NCBI GenBank assembly: GCA_937906475.1
Contig: CALCZA010000217.1
Location: 17,844 to 81,843 of the forward strand
DNA length: 64,000 bases
Reading direction: 5' to 3'
From: an uncultured bacterium
Lineage (GTDB): Bacteria; Planctomycetota; UBA1135; UBA2386
A model generated the notes under the pieces. The model searched no databases. It was not told where the DNA came from and saw nothing but the letters and a program-made list of their open reading frames with translations. Below, one piece after another: positions 1-9,504 of this stretch. The position numbers and the translations under genes were made by a program. The stretch's first letter is position 1; the number at the start of each line of letters is the position of its first letter.

Positions 1-857
1 ACGGTTACGCGGCATGGCTCGCCGAAGTCGCAGACCGCACCGCGCAGACGATCGCGCACTGGCAAGCGGTCGGATTCGTGCACGGCGTGCTCAACACCGA
101 CAACATGTCGATCCTCGGCCTGACGATCGATTACGGCCCCTACGGTTGGACCGACAACTACGACCTCGGTTGGACCCCCAACACGACCGACGCGCAGCAA
201 CATCGTTATGCGTTCGGCAACCAACCGACGATCGGCATGTGGAACATCGCGCGGCTTGGCGAAGCGCTACTGCCCTTGCTCGACAACGATGAATCATGCA
301 TCGAGGCGGCCGCAACGCGCTACCAGGAGAGCTACAGCAAGCACGCTACCAAGCGGTTCTCGGACAAGCTCGGCATCACGTTCGAACCAGACGACGTCAA
401 ACTGATCCAAGACGGGTTTGATTGGCTCGGCAAGGAAGAGACCGACATGACGGTGTTCTTCCGTTCGTTGTCGAATGTCGTGACCGAAGCAGAGGCACCC
501 AACGCCATGCCGTCCGCGTGCCAAGCAGCGTTCTACGGCGAGCCATCCGAATCACATGTCGCTGCCGGCGTTGCCTGGCTGCAACGTTGGTGGCAGCGCA
601 CGCGCAAGGAAAGCAGGGCACCAACTGAATTGGCGACGGCAATGGACCGATGCAATCCGAAGTTCGTGCTACGCAACTGGCTATCACAGACCGCTATCGA
701 CGCCGCGCACAAGGGCGACTACTCGGTCCTAGAGCGGTTGCAGAAGGTCATGCAACGCCCGTTTGATGATCAGCCGGAACACGACGAACTTGCGGCAAAG
801 CGGCCGGAGTGGGCACGGCACAAGCCGGGTTGCTCCGCGTTGTCGTGCAGTTCGTAA
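1..857 (+). CDS. selO: Protein adenylyltransferase SelO/YdiU (UPF0061), C-terminal ~285 aa; 5' end outside window
   Basis: Frame 3 is open from the window edge (own translation GYAAWLAEVADRTAQTIAHWQAVGFVHGVLNTDNMS...). The listed start at 78 is an internal GTG. HGVLNTDNMSILGLTIDYGPYGW and NPKFVLRNWL are hallmark SelO motifs. Confidence 0.9.
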   Translation, partial: GYAAWLAEVADRTAQTIAHWQAVGFVHGVLNTDNMSILGLTIDYGPYGWTDNYDLGWTPNTTDAQQHRYAFGNQPTIGMWNIARLGEALLPLLDNDESCIEAAATRYQESYSKHATKRFSDKLGITFEPDDVKLIQDGFDWLGKEETDMTVFFRSLSNVVTEAEAPNAMPSACQAAFYGEPSESHVAAGVAWLQRWWQRTRKESRAPTELATAMDRCNPKFVLRNWLSQTAIDAAHKGDYSVLERLQKVMQRPFDDQPEHDELAAKRPEWARHKPGCSALSCSS

Positions 858-864
858 CGACGGG

Positions 865-1872
865 CTACTTGCCGGCAGCGCTCTGGCCGGCTGGCTTCTT
901 GGCTGCTGACTGCTTGGCATCGAGGTGCGCTCGGATCTTCTTAGCGACGCCACCCATCAGGTCGTTCGGCACCGGCACCGTCAGGTTGTATTGAAGCACG
1001 ACCCAGCTTGTGTCGCGCTTCGCCAGCACCCCGGTGCCGCGACACTCGCCATAGCCAGCATTGTCGAGCGCTTCGTCGAACCACGCCAACTTGCCGTCGG
1101 CGCTCAACGTGACATGTCGCTCTAGCGGCACATACGTCCAAGCTGACGGCAGCTTGAAGTAGCGCATCGCGAAGCTTCGAAACTGCTTCCCCGTCCAGCG
1201 CTCGGTCGCATCCGTGCCCAAGAACACCGAATCATTCGGCAGAATCGCGAAGTAACGATCTTCATCCCCGACCGCGGCAGCGTCGTGGAACGAATCCAAA
1301 ACTTGATGCACATCGCCGGCCGCACCTGCGACAACTCGCTCGGCATGGATCTCCTTCAGATGCGCACTGATCTCCTTGGCATCGCCAGTGACCAATACCC
1401 AGATCCGCCGCTTAGGAAGTCGCATCAACGCATCCAAGTCCGTCGCCGAAGCGTTGCCGCAAACGGTCACCGTCTGGAACTCTTGTCGCTGCGCCAACAC
1501 TGCTGCAATGGCCTTTTTCGTATCCGACACGATCACCGCATGCACGCCGCCCTGCGCAATGCGCACGCGCTGACGAACGCTGGCAATGATCTTCTCCAGC
1601 GCTTTCGAGCCGGGCGCACTTTGCAATAGCACCACAGAAAACCCATCGGCATTAAGGGCACTGGTTAGCGCTTCACGACGTTTCATCTCACTGCACCACA
1701 GCACAACAGTCGGCACCCAGTGGTTCGCCTGATAGCCAGATGGAGAAGCCACAGCAGGAAGGTTCTGATCGCTTCGTGGGGCTTTTCGTGGGGCTTTTCG
1801 TGGGGCTTGTTGCGCCGAGAGATTTACTACGGAAAGTAGACCTAGCACAACGATCCGGAAGTGAATTGCCAT
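865..1872 (-). CDS. Secreted protein with C-terminal NTF2/SnoaL-like (DUF4440-type) domain
   Basis: 335-aa ORF with Sec signal MAIHFRIVVLGLLSVVNLSAQQ and an APRK x3 tandem repeat. The C-terminal ~120 aa (VHQVLDSFHDAAAVGDEDRYFAIL...WVVLQYNLTVPVPND) look like NTF2-like/DUF4440 proteins. Confidence 0.75.
   Translation of the reverse strand: MAIHFRIVVLGLLSVVNLSAQQAPRKAPRKAPRSDQNLPAVASPSGYQANHWVPTVVLWCSEMKRREALTSALNADGFSVVLLQSAPGSKALEKIIASVRQRVRIAQGGVHAVIVSDTKKAIAAVLAQRQEFQTVTVCGNASATDLDALMRLPKRRIWVLVTGDAKEISAHLKEIHAERVVAGAAGDVHQVLDSFHDAAAVGDEDRYFAILPNDSVFLGTDATERWTGKQFRSFAMRYFKLPSAWTYVPLERHVTLSADGKLAWFDEALDNAGYGECRGTGVLAKRDTSWVVLQYNLTVPVPNDLMGGVAKKIRAHLDAKQSAAKKPAGQSAAGK
1775..1808. repeat. 12-nt tandem repeat CGTGGGGCTTTT x ~2.8 inside a CDS (encodes APRKAPRKAPR on minus strand)
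   Basis: Read directly: cgtggggcttttcgtggggcttttcgtggggctt. Confidence 0.9.
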
Positions 1873-2007
1873 GCCAAGATTGTCTTCGCCTGGAAGTGAG
1901 ATCCCACATCGAAGAGGAATAAGTACGAAAGCAAACGCCAGTGTAGAACTCGAAGCCGTGCGCCTGGATGCGCTGCGAAGCTATTAAGGGCTCGCCGCAA
2001 TCGAGAC

Positions 2008-2029
2008 CCCGCGGGGCATGCCCCACGGG
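2008..2029 (-). terminator. GC-rich hairpin downstream of the 2076-3041 gene (no U-tract)
   Basis: cccgcggggCATGccccacggg gives a 9-bp stem with one G.U on the minus-strand RNA and a 4-nt loop, about 45 nt after the stop codon. There is no T/U run, so intrinsic-terminator status is uncertain. Confidence 0.35.
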
Positions 2030-2075
2030 CATGGTCGAGCACTACGGATCGATCGATAAGACCGGGCCGCGCTGA

Positions 2076-3041
2076 TTAGCGAACGCGCAGCAGAGCCTTC
2101 GAGCGCTCGTCGAGCTTCGGAGCTTCGGCCAAGCCAAGCTTCTTGAAGTCGGCGCGGAAGGTCATGACCGACTGGTCCTTGGCCGGCTTGATGCGCGGCA
2201 GGCCACGCTTCCACTTGACCGGACCGGTCTGGTCTTCTTCTTCTTCTTCTTCTTCTTCGTCACGGCCGAAACCGCCGCCGAAACCGCCGCCAGCACCGCC
2301 AATCTGGATTTGGCCCATCATCTCCTCGGTCGAGTAGGTCTTAACGGTCATGCGAGCCAGGTCACCACTCTCAGAATCGATGTAGAACACGACATAGGTT
2401 TCGAGTTCCGGGCGCGGTGGCTCCATGCCCATGCCCATGCCGCCGATCATCATGATGCCACCGAGGCCGCCCCCGACATCCGGAACCGCACCACAGTCCG
2501 AGAACTCGAGCGCAACCTCGTCATCGAGCTTAATCGTCAGCAAGACCATGGCCTTGCCACGAAGCTTGCCAGCTTCGACATGCACCACGTTGCTCGAAGC
2601 CTTCGGCAACTGCTTGATCGCGGCGATCAAGTAGTCCGGGTCGAGGGTGAACGGCGCCGCGATGCCGCCCGCCAACTTGCCACGACGCAAGCGCCACTCG
2701 TTCTCAACCTTGGCCAACATGCGGCCGTTAGCCGTCACGTAATCGCGACCATCCGACTCGGCCCAGACTAGGCTGCGATCCCAGCCACCGCTGATCTCAA
2801 CTTCTTGCGCACCGATCGGCAACCCAGCGTTGCGGAACATCGCGCTGTCCTGACCTTCCAACGTCGTGAAGTTGCCACGAGCGTATGCAGCGGTCTTGTC
2901 GAGAGCCTTGGCAACGAAGGCCCGCGCCTCATCGGAGTTAGCCCCGGGAAGAACCGGGCCCTGATCGGCCGCCGGGGTGGTGGCAACCTGGGCGAATGCG
3001 AGGGCGGAACAGACGACGGACGAACTGAGAAATCGGAGCAT
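2076..3041 (-). CDS. Secreted hypothetical protein with Gly/Met-rich and poly-Glu low-complexity tracts
   Basis: The ORF extends to 3092, but the internal ATG at 3041 gives a clean signal peptide MLRFLSSSVVCSALAFAQ. It contains GGLGGIMMIGGMGMGME and GGAGGGFGGGFGRDEEEEEEEED. No family recognised. Confidence 0.7.
   Translation of the reverse strand: MLRFLSSSVVCSALAFAQVATTPAADQGPVLPGANSDEARAFVAKALDKTAAYARGNFTTLEGQDSAMFRNAGLPIGAQEVEISGGWDRSLVWAESDGRDYVTANGRMLAKVENEWRLRRGKLAGGIAAPFTLDPDYLIAAIKQLPKASSNVVHVEAGKLRGKAMVLLTIKLDDEVALEFSDCGAVPDVGGGLGGIMMIGGMGMGMEPPRPELETYVVFYIDSESGDLARMTVKTYSTEEMMGQIQIGGAGGGFGGGFGRDEEEEEEEEDQTGPVKWKRGLPRIKPAKDQSVMTFRADFKKLGLAEAPKLDERSKALLRVR
2233..2258. repeat. (TTC)n / (GAA)n trinucleotide microsatellite, ~8.7 units, coding for poly-Glu
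   Basis: Read directly: tcttcttcttcttcttcttcttcttc. Confidence 0.9.
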
Positions 3042-3161
3042 TAAGCTGAGAGAGTCTTGGGGAACACATGCGGGGCACACGACAACGCGCATGCCCCAGC
3101 AATGCTCCTCATTCCGCTACTTCGGTGCCAGCAACAGCCCAACTTTCCGCTTGCCGACCGC

Positions 3162-5852
3162 TCAGCGGCCCTCGGTCGCGGTCAGAATGCCCTGGAAGAA
3201 CATCTTGGCAGTACCGGTCGGCTGGCCGCGATAGGTCGCGTCGATGCCGTAGAGCAGAATGCGGCCTTTGCCCACGCGTGCCGCGACGACACCAGCCTTG
3301 CCATGGAGGTATTCAGTCCCGATCGCCCAACCGCTAAGCAGGGTGTCATGGTTGCGATAGTGCGCGACGACCTCGACGTTCTTGGCCCCTTCCTCGAGTT
3401 CGAGAATCGTCGCTGAGCGATACAGCATCGCCGCCAGATCCGAACTCACACCACGCGCGATCTCGTGCGACGTGTCCACCTGGATCGCCATCAACGACCC
3501 GGGCACGTAGTACTCATCACGGGTGGTTTTACGCATCCCGTCTTCAACGTCCGGATCGTCGCTCGCGATGTGGGTGCCGACTTTGATCGGCAACTCGAAG
3601 TGACGAATGACCTTGTCCACCTCGCGACCGAGCGCCATCAGCGTGCCGCCTTGCTGCACGAACTCGCGGATCGCCGGCAATGCCTTCTCGCCAGTGAGCT
3701 TGGTCGCGCGCGCTTCGATGTTGCTCCAATCCTGGAACGGCGGCAGCGCCTTCTTGAGCGCGTCATACTTCGGCGGCGTGCGTTGTCGCATCGCGCGCGT
3801 CAGGTTGCGCGGACCCGGCAAGCCGGTGTGAAAAATCAGCACGTCGAAGTCGGCGTTCAGGTCACCGCGCTGCACGCGATCTCCCCACACCAACTGCACC
3901 GGGAACTCGAATTGCTCAAGCAACCACTGATCCCAGCCGGTCGCCATGTTGCCGCCATAGACGTCAAACAAACCAACCCGAACAGGTCCCAACTTGCGTC
4001 GCTTCTCGCCACCGAGTTTCGCAGCCTTAGCAACGACACCCAGTTCGCGCGCTGCCTTACTAAGCACCTGGCTCGACCTCGGTGCAACCGGCACGGCGTA
4101 GTGACCTTTCTTCGAGTATTCGACAGTGCAGCCAGCGGCCAACAATCGGTTGACCGCCGTGACCGAATGCAAGTCGCGCACATCCAACAACCAATACGCA
4201 CTCGACTGCGGTAGATCGCGTTGCGGAAACGCCGGCAACGTAGTGATCGCTTCGAATGGGCCCTTTAGCTCCTCGAACGTGCGCTCTACTTTGACATCCG
4301 TCTGCATCGCCAGCGTCCAACCAGCCGCGTCATACGGCGGAATCGGTTTGCCGTCGCGCAAGTCATCGGGATGCCACTGCGGCTCCATCATGTCGAGCAC
4401 GTGAGCGCGGTACGGTTGGTCGCAGCGAATCACCAGCGACCCAGCAGGCATCACCTTGCCGTTGAGTGGGAACGACTCACTGGCGTAGTGCATGTCGACA
4501 CCGCAGTGCCACAGAGAGCGCGCAAAGCGCATCACGGCCGACCAGTTCGGCTGATCTGCCGGCATCACATAAGCGCGTGGATCGCGCCAACCCGGATCGC
4601 TGAAGACCGAAGAGTCCTCGCGCTTCTTCGCTTCGTTGACGAGGCGCGGCGTGGTCGTCCAATAGTCCTTGCGACCGTTGCCGATGGCGCGACTGGACAT
4701 CTTGTACATGCCGTTCAGCAAATCGTCGCCGAACCGCGACGCGTAATCGAGGATCGCGAAGTTCGCGGTCTGCAGATACTCAACAGTCTGACGCGCGTGC
4801 CACAACTGTGGACCGATCGGTTGCGGATAGTCGTGATAAGGCAACCGCCGAGACAACGGTTGCTTGATCTGCGTCGGCTCCGGGCGACCGAACGATTCGG
4901 TCAGGATGCCAATCATGTTGTGGAAGTAGCTGGTCGACCGCAGACCACCATTCCACCAACCTGAGTAGGGCGCGCCACTGCGCGAAATGACACCCGGCTT
5001 GTCCTCGAGGGCGAAGCGGTTGTTCATGTGCGCGCTGACAATCTCGATGCCGCGCACCACCAGTGGATCCACCAAGTAGTTGAACGGATCGCGAAACGGC
5101 GGCGTGTAGATGATCGTGTTGCGCGGCGCGCTCTGATGGTGGTTGTAGACAATCTGCGGGCACCAATCGCGGCAGAAGACGCGACTGATGTTTTGCGCCT
5201 CCTTCTGGTTGCACGCATAGAAGTCACGGTTGTTGTCGTGGCCGATGTAGCGCTGGTAGAGCACCGGAGTGGAAGTGCTACCACCCTTGCCCTGTTCATC
5301 GACGGTCGCCATGTAAGCGTTGGCGACCAACTCGTAGCCATCCGGATTGACTGGCGTCGCAAGCAGCACGACCTCATCGAGAATGCGCAGCACCTCGGCG
5401 TCGTCGCGCGAGTTCATCTGCCAGACCAGTTCAATGATGTTCTGCCCGGCGATCGTCTCGGTCGCGTGCAGGCCAGCATCGATCCAAACAACCGGCTTGC
5501 CGGCAGCCACCAGACGATTCGCACCGGCCTGATCCATGTCGCCCGGATGCGCCATCTTGACGCTGGCCGCGCGAAGCTGCTCGATGTTGGCCAGGTTCTC
5601 CGGCGAACTGATGACCGCCATCATCATGCGCTGGCCGTAGCTAGTCTCGCCGATGTCGACGAGTTTCATGCGCTTACTCGCACCTTCAATGGTGCGGAAG
5701 TAGCGCATCATGTCGGTGTAGTTGATCAGCTTGTAGTCGGCGCCAACCTGGTGACCAAAGAACTCGGTCGGGCTCGGCACCTGCGCACTCAACGCAACAG
5801 CAGTGCAGAACGCGGCGATCAGAGACAATACGACAGCACGAAGAGAGGGCAT
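3162..5852 (-). CDS. Secreted M14-family zinc metallocarboxypeptidase with long C-terminal extension
   Basis: 896-aa ORF with signal peptide MPSLRAVVLSLIAAFCTAVALSAQ. The N-terminal domain has M14-like motifs (VWIDAGLHATETIAG, PVNPDGYE, GHDNNRDF). Confidence 0.85.
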   Translation of the reverse strand: MPSLRAVVLSLIAAFCTAVALSAQVPSPTEFFGHQVGADYKLINYTDMMRYFRTIEGASKRMKLVDIGETSYGQRMMMAVISSPENLANIEQLRAASVKMAHPGDMDQAGANRLVAAGKPVVWIDAGLHATETIAGQNIIELVWQMNSRDDAEVLRILDEVVLLATPVNPDGYELVANAYMATVDEQGKGGSTSTPVLYQRYIGHDNNRDFYACNQKEAQNISRVFCRDWCPQIVYNHHQSAPRNTIIYTPPFRDPFNYLVDPLVVRGIEIVSAHMNNRFALEDKPGVISRSGAPYSGWWNGGLRSTSYFHNMIGILTESFGRPEPTQIKQPLSRRLPYHDYPQPIGPQLWHARQTVEYLQTANFAILDYASRFGDDLLNGMYKMSSRAIGNGRKDYWTTTPRLVNEAKKREDSSVFSDPGWRDPRAYVMPADQPNWSAVMRFARSLWHCGVDMHYASESFPLNGKVMPAGSLVIRCDQPYRAHVLDMMEPQWHPDDLRDGKPIPPYDAAGWTLAMQTDVKVERTFEELKGPFEAITTLPAFPQRDLPQSSAYWLLDVRDLHSVTAVNRLLAAGCTVEYSKKGHYAVPVAPRSSQVLSKAARELGVVAKAAKLGGEKRRKLGPVRVGLFDVYGGNMATGWDQWLLEQFEFPVQLVWGDRVQRGDLNADFDVLIFHTGLPGPRNLTRAMRQRTPPKYDALKKALPPFQDWSNIEARATKLTGEKALPAIREFVQQGGTLMALGREVDKVIRHFELPIKVGTHIASDDPDVEDGMRKTTRDEYYVPGSLMAIQVDTSHEIARGVSSDLAAMLYRSATILELEEGAKNVEVVAHYRNHDTLLSGWAIGTEYLHGKAGVVAARVGKGRILLYGIDATYRGQPTGTAKMFFQGILTATEGR

Positions 5853-5989
5853 CTGCAGGCCACCTTAAGCCTGCAATGCAACCTCCGTCACTGCCTAGAA
5901 CAGCGATGACAGCTTGGTGACATGGTCGCCAACATTCACCGGGCAGCGACAAACCAGCCTGACTCCATGGGCAAACAAACCCCCGACCC

Positions 5990-6040
5990 TTCCAAAACCA
6001 AGATAATCATCAACATACTGCAATTAAAGGCTTTAGGGAC
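5990..6040. promoter_or_regulatory. AT-rich island in the 347-bp divergent intergenic region (likely promoter region)
   Basis: aaaaccaagataatcatcaacatactgcaattaaaggctttagg is the most AT-rich stretch I noticed in this high-GC window. It lies between divergently oriented genes. No consensus boxes could be assigned. Confidence 0.25.
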
Positions 6041-6199
6041 GATCCTCAGGCGGTCACCGATACTGGCAGCGGCCTGCACGCGGTTGACCTTGATGGATTT
6101 GGGACTGCCAATCGTCGCACGTTCCCAAGGAGCACCTTGTCGCAAGCGACTTGACAGCCGATAAAGCACGGTCCACCCTGCGTTGCCGCAGCCAACCGA

Positions 6200-6700
6200 A
6201 TGATCAGCCTACGCACAACCCGCCTCATGCGCCCGATCCTCTGGATCGCCATGGTCGCGTTGCTGCTTGCGGCAGTCGGCAGCCAGTTGTCGGTCACGAC
6301 ATGCATCGGCAAATGCTGCGTGGTAGAGGTAACTGCGTGCTGCCAACTGGGGGCGAGCGTTGCCATTGACGACACGTGCTGTGGTTACTGTGATGAGCAG
6401 GCACCGGGCGAGAAGGCGCCGGACGAGAAGGCGCCGAGTGATGACGAAACCCCGCTGAGCGACCCGCGCGGCGGATGCACGCCAGGCTGCTGCCTGACGA
6501 TGGACTTCGACATCGAACTGGCACCGATCAGTGTGCCGATCGAACTGCCGCAGACCTTCGCCCTGGCGTTGCCGCCAACCACGCAATCGTTCGCACCGAT
6601 GCAGGCGCACGAAGTCGAGCGATTGCGACCGTTCGATCGCGGACCACCGCGAGTCGACCAAAGCACCGCGCTGCGCGTGTGCACCGTCCTGCTGATCTAG
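6200..6700 (+). CDS. Signal-anchored Cys-rich protein (12 Cys, four CC doublets), unknown family
   Basis: 166-aa ORF (alternative ATG at 6227) with a hydrophobic N-terminus MRPILWIAMVALLLAAVG. It has the cluster CIGKCCVVEVTACCQLGASVAIDDTCCGYC, a GEKAPDEKAP repeat, GGCTPGCC and a Pro-rich tail. It lies 96 nt upstream of the exporter operon on the same strand. Confidence 0.65.
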   Translation: MISLRTTRLMRPILWIAMVALLLAAVGSQLSVTTCIGKCCVVEVTACCQLGASVAIDDTCCGYCDEQAPGEKAPDEKAPSDDETPLSDPRGGCTPGCCLTMDFDIELAPISVPIELPQTFALALPPTTQSFAPMQAHEVERLRPFDRGPPRVDQSTALRVCTVLLI

Positions 6701-6796
6701 ACACGCCGCGATTGCGACGTCGATCGACGCAGTACGGCAAGGCCGCTGCTGCGACGCATCGACTAACTGTCGTTTGTCTCCAGATCCAGGCCCGCC

Positions 6797-8026
6797 ATGT
6801 CGGCACGCCCACTATTCCTTCTGTTTCTATCCGGTCTCGCAAGTTGCGTCAGCTACGAACGCAACGACGCAACCCCTCAATCAATCGCCGCCATCATCGA
6901 TGCGCGCGTTGGAGGCACCTTCTCCGTCGACCAAGCGATTGATGTCGCGTTGCGACAGAATCCGCGACTGCAGGCGTTGACGGCGAGACTGCGCGCAGCG
7001 GATGCCGCGACGACCGTGCCGCTGCCGGTGCGCGCCAACTGGCTCGGACGCAACGAAAGCGTTGAGGCCTTGATCGACCCCATCGCGCTGCTTGGCCTGG
7101 GACCGCGCGGAGCGGCTATCGACCGCGCCGAGTCACGCGTTCTTGAAGCCGCCGCCCAACTGGTAGTGCAGCGCTGGCAAACCATCGCCGGCGTCGCCAC
7201 TGAGTTCCACATTCACAAGGCGCTGCAAGAACTGCAAGTCACCGACTTGGATCTAGACGTCGATTCGTTCGAACGTGCTGGCCTCGCATCACCGGTCGCC
7301 GCTATGCAACTGCGCGCCGCGCAAGCCCGCAGCCACAGTGAACAAGTCGAACTGACACGCGAGCGCAGCGACAACCTGGCTCGATTGCGGGAACTACTCG
7401 GTTTGCCGGATCACGCTCAGCTAACGATCACCGCGATCGTCGACGATTGGCTGCAACAACCCGAAGGAACCGCGAGCGAGATCGTCACTCGGCCCGACCT
7501 GTCGCTGGCCGCGGCACGCTTCGAAGTTGCCGATGCCGAACTCTACCAAGCCGTCACCGAGCAATACCCATCACTGAAACTCGGCCCCAACATTTCGCTA
7601 ATTGGCAATCCGATGCGAGCGATGGCCATGCTGCAGATTCCGATCGGCATGCAGGGACTCGCCGAAGCCGCACGCGAACGCCGCGAAGCCACGCGCTCCG
7701 AGTTGGAGTCGGCGTTCTTACACGCAAGACGTGAAGCCTCGCTTAGCCAGCAACAACTCATCGCCACGCAAGCAGTCGCCGCCGCAACCGCAGCCGGACT
7801 GCGCTCGAGCGCAGCGGCCTTTGATGCGGCGCGTGCTTCGATCAAAGTCGAAGTCGACGCGTTCGCCAAGTTCGCGAACGCCGCCACCAAAGTCATGCGC
7901 AACACGATGGAACACCGCCGCGCGGTGCTCGCACGCGTACGCGCCGAAGTGCAGCGTGCTTCAGCCTACGGCTGGCCGCGCGGCCAGCAGCCCACACCAA
8001 ACAAGATTCCGGAGCAACAATCATGA
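6797..8026 (+). CDS. TolC/OprM-family outer-membrane efflux lipoprotein
   Basis: 409 aa with lipoprotein signal LFLLFLSGLASC and a two-fold repeated Ala/Leu/Arg/Gln-rich helical architecture. Its stop overlaps the adaptor gene start (ATGA at 8023). Confidence 0.75.
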   Translation: MSARPLFLLFLSGLASCVSYERNDATPQSIAAIIDARVGGTFSVDQAIDVALRQNPRLQALTARLRAADAATTVPLPVRANWLGRNESVEALIDPIALLGLGPRGAAIDRAESRVLEAAAQLVVQRWQTIAGVATEFHIHKALQELQVTDLDLDVDSFERAGLASPVAAMQLRAAQARSHSEQVELTRERSDNLARLRELLGLPDHAQLTITAIVDDWLQQPEGTASEIVTRPDLSLAAARFEVADAELYQAVTEQYPSLKLGPNISLIGNPMRAMAMLQIPIGMQGLAEAARERREATRSELESAFLHARREASLSQQQLIATQAVAAATAAGLRSSAAAFDAARASIKVEVDAFAKFANAATKVMRNTMEHRRAVLARVRAEVQRASAYGWPRGQQPTPNKIPEQQS

Positions 8027-9504
8027 GCAACGTCGACCTATCCGCGTTGCGTATCGACGATTCGCAAGCAGCCATTCCGAGGCGCCCGATTGGGCCGCGA
8101 TTACTCGTGCTTGCCGTGCTGGTGCTCGCCGTCGCCGTAGCGGCAACGTTCTTGGTGCCGATCCTGTGGCCCGCGCGCGCCGTGCGTATGGCCGCGGTGC
8201 AACCGGCTTCGCATGCAACGTCGACAGCCGTAATCGGCGGCACCGAAGCCGTGGGTTGGGTCGAAGCTGACCCGTTCGGGGTCACGGTACGACCGCTGGT
8301 CAGCGGCCACCTCGAGTCACTTGAGGTGCTCGAAGGCGCGCGCGTCAAGGCAGGCGAAACCGTGATCGGACGCTTGGTAAGCGCCGAACTACTGGCGGCC
8401 GTCGACCGCACCCGCGCAGCCGTCGAAGAACACCAGGCGGACCACCGAGCCGCCGGCGCCAAGCAAGTGCTCGCGACCGAACGCCTAAAGCAGAACGCCG
8501 ACGCCGCACTGCGTACGCAAGATGCCGAAACCAAGCTGGCTGCAATCCGCACCAAAGTTGACACCGCCAAAGCGCACTTGCGCCAAGTCACCGCAGAAGC
8601 CGAGAGCGCGGCCGCCAACATGAAGGCGCAGCAGCTATTGCAGGAAGCCGGCAACAGCTTTCCGGTAGCACTCGAACGCGCTCGCGCCGACGCCGAGGCA
8701 GCCGCTGCAGCCGTTGCTGCAAGCAAAGTCGAGATCAACGGCCTGCAGCGTGAACACGGCGAACAGCGCACCACGCTCGAACTGTGCAAGGAGTTCGCAG
8801 CCGATCCAGTCGATCTACGCGGCGCCGTCGCAATCGCCGATGCAGAACTGGCCAAAGCCAAAGCTGCGTTGGCCAAGGCGCGCATCGAACTACAAATCGC
8901 CGAGCGAGAATTCGACTGGGCAACCGTTCGCGCTCCCATCGACGGCGTCGTGCTGCGACTCGAGTCCGAACCAGGCGACATGGTCGGCCACGGCGAGAAG
9001 GGTATTGTCGTGCTCTACGACCCCAAGAAACTGCGTGCACGCATCGATGTGCCGATCGATTCCTTGTCCGGCATCCGTGAAGGTCAAGCTGTGGAAATCA
9101 CCAGTGATGCGATCGGCGACGTAGTCGTCAAAGGTGTCGTGCAACGCTTCCAACACGAGACCGACATGTTGAAGAACACGCTGCAGGTCAAGATTGGTCT
9201 CGTGGATCCACCAGCACTGCTACGTCCTGAAACGCTGTGCCGAGCGCGCTTCCTCGCGCCAACAACATCAGAACCTTCCGACACAACCAAGACGGTCACA
9301 GTTTGGCGCGTCCCGAAAGCCGCGGTGCAAGACGGCCGGGTGTTCTTATTCGATCCAAAGAACAGCACCGCACGTGAAGTGACCATCGAAGTACTCGGCG
9401 AAGATGGCGACGCGACCATCGTTCGTGGCGACTTGTCGCCCACCCACCGCGTCGTGATCGAACCCGTAAGCAATGGCGAAGCCATCCAAGAGGCAACACA
9501 ATGA
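8023..9504 (+). CDS. HlyD/MacA-type periplasmic adaptor (membrane fusion protein)
   Basis: 493 aa with an N-terminal TM (LLVLAVLVLAVAVAATFLV), a long coiled-coil hairpin (AAVEEHQADHRAAGAKQ...AKAKAALAKARIELQIAE), then a beta-barrel segment (VRAPIDGVVL). It is overlap-coupled on both sides. Confidence 0.85.
   Translation: MSNVDLSALRIDDSQAAIPRRPIGPRLLVLAVLVLAVAVAATFLVPILWPARAVRMAAVQPASHATSTAVIGGTEAVGWVEADPFGVTVRPLVSGHLESLEVLEGARVKAGETVIGRLVSAELLAAVDRTRAAVEEHQADHRAAGAKQVLATERLKQNADAALRTQDAETKLAAIRTKVDTAKAHLRQVTAEAESAAANMKAQQLLQEAGNSFPVALERARADAEAAAAAVAASKVEINGLQREHGEQRTTLELCKEFAADPVDLRGAVAIADAELAKAKAALAKARIELQIAEREFDWATVRAPIDGVVLRLESEPGDMVGHGEKGIVVLYDPKKLRARIDVPIDSLSGIREGQAVEITSDAIGDVVVKGVVQRFQHETDMLKNTLQVKIGLVDPPALLRPETLCRARFLAPTTSEPSDTTKTVTVWRVPKAAVQDGRVFLFDPKNSTAREVTIEVLGEDGDATIVRGDLSPTHRVVIEPVSNGEAIQEATQ

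Noticed and set aside
7893-8981. 362-aa minus-strand Ala/Ser/Arg-rich ORF
   Set aside because: It is antisense to the HlyD-type adaptor. Its composition simply mirrors the coiled-coil Ala/Glu/Arg codons of the real gene.
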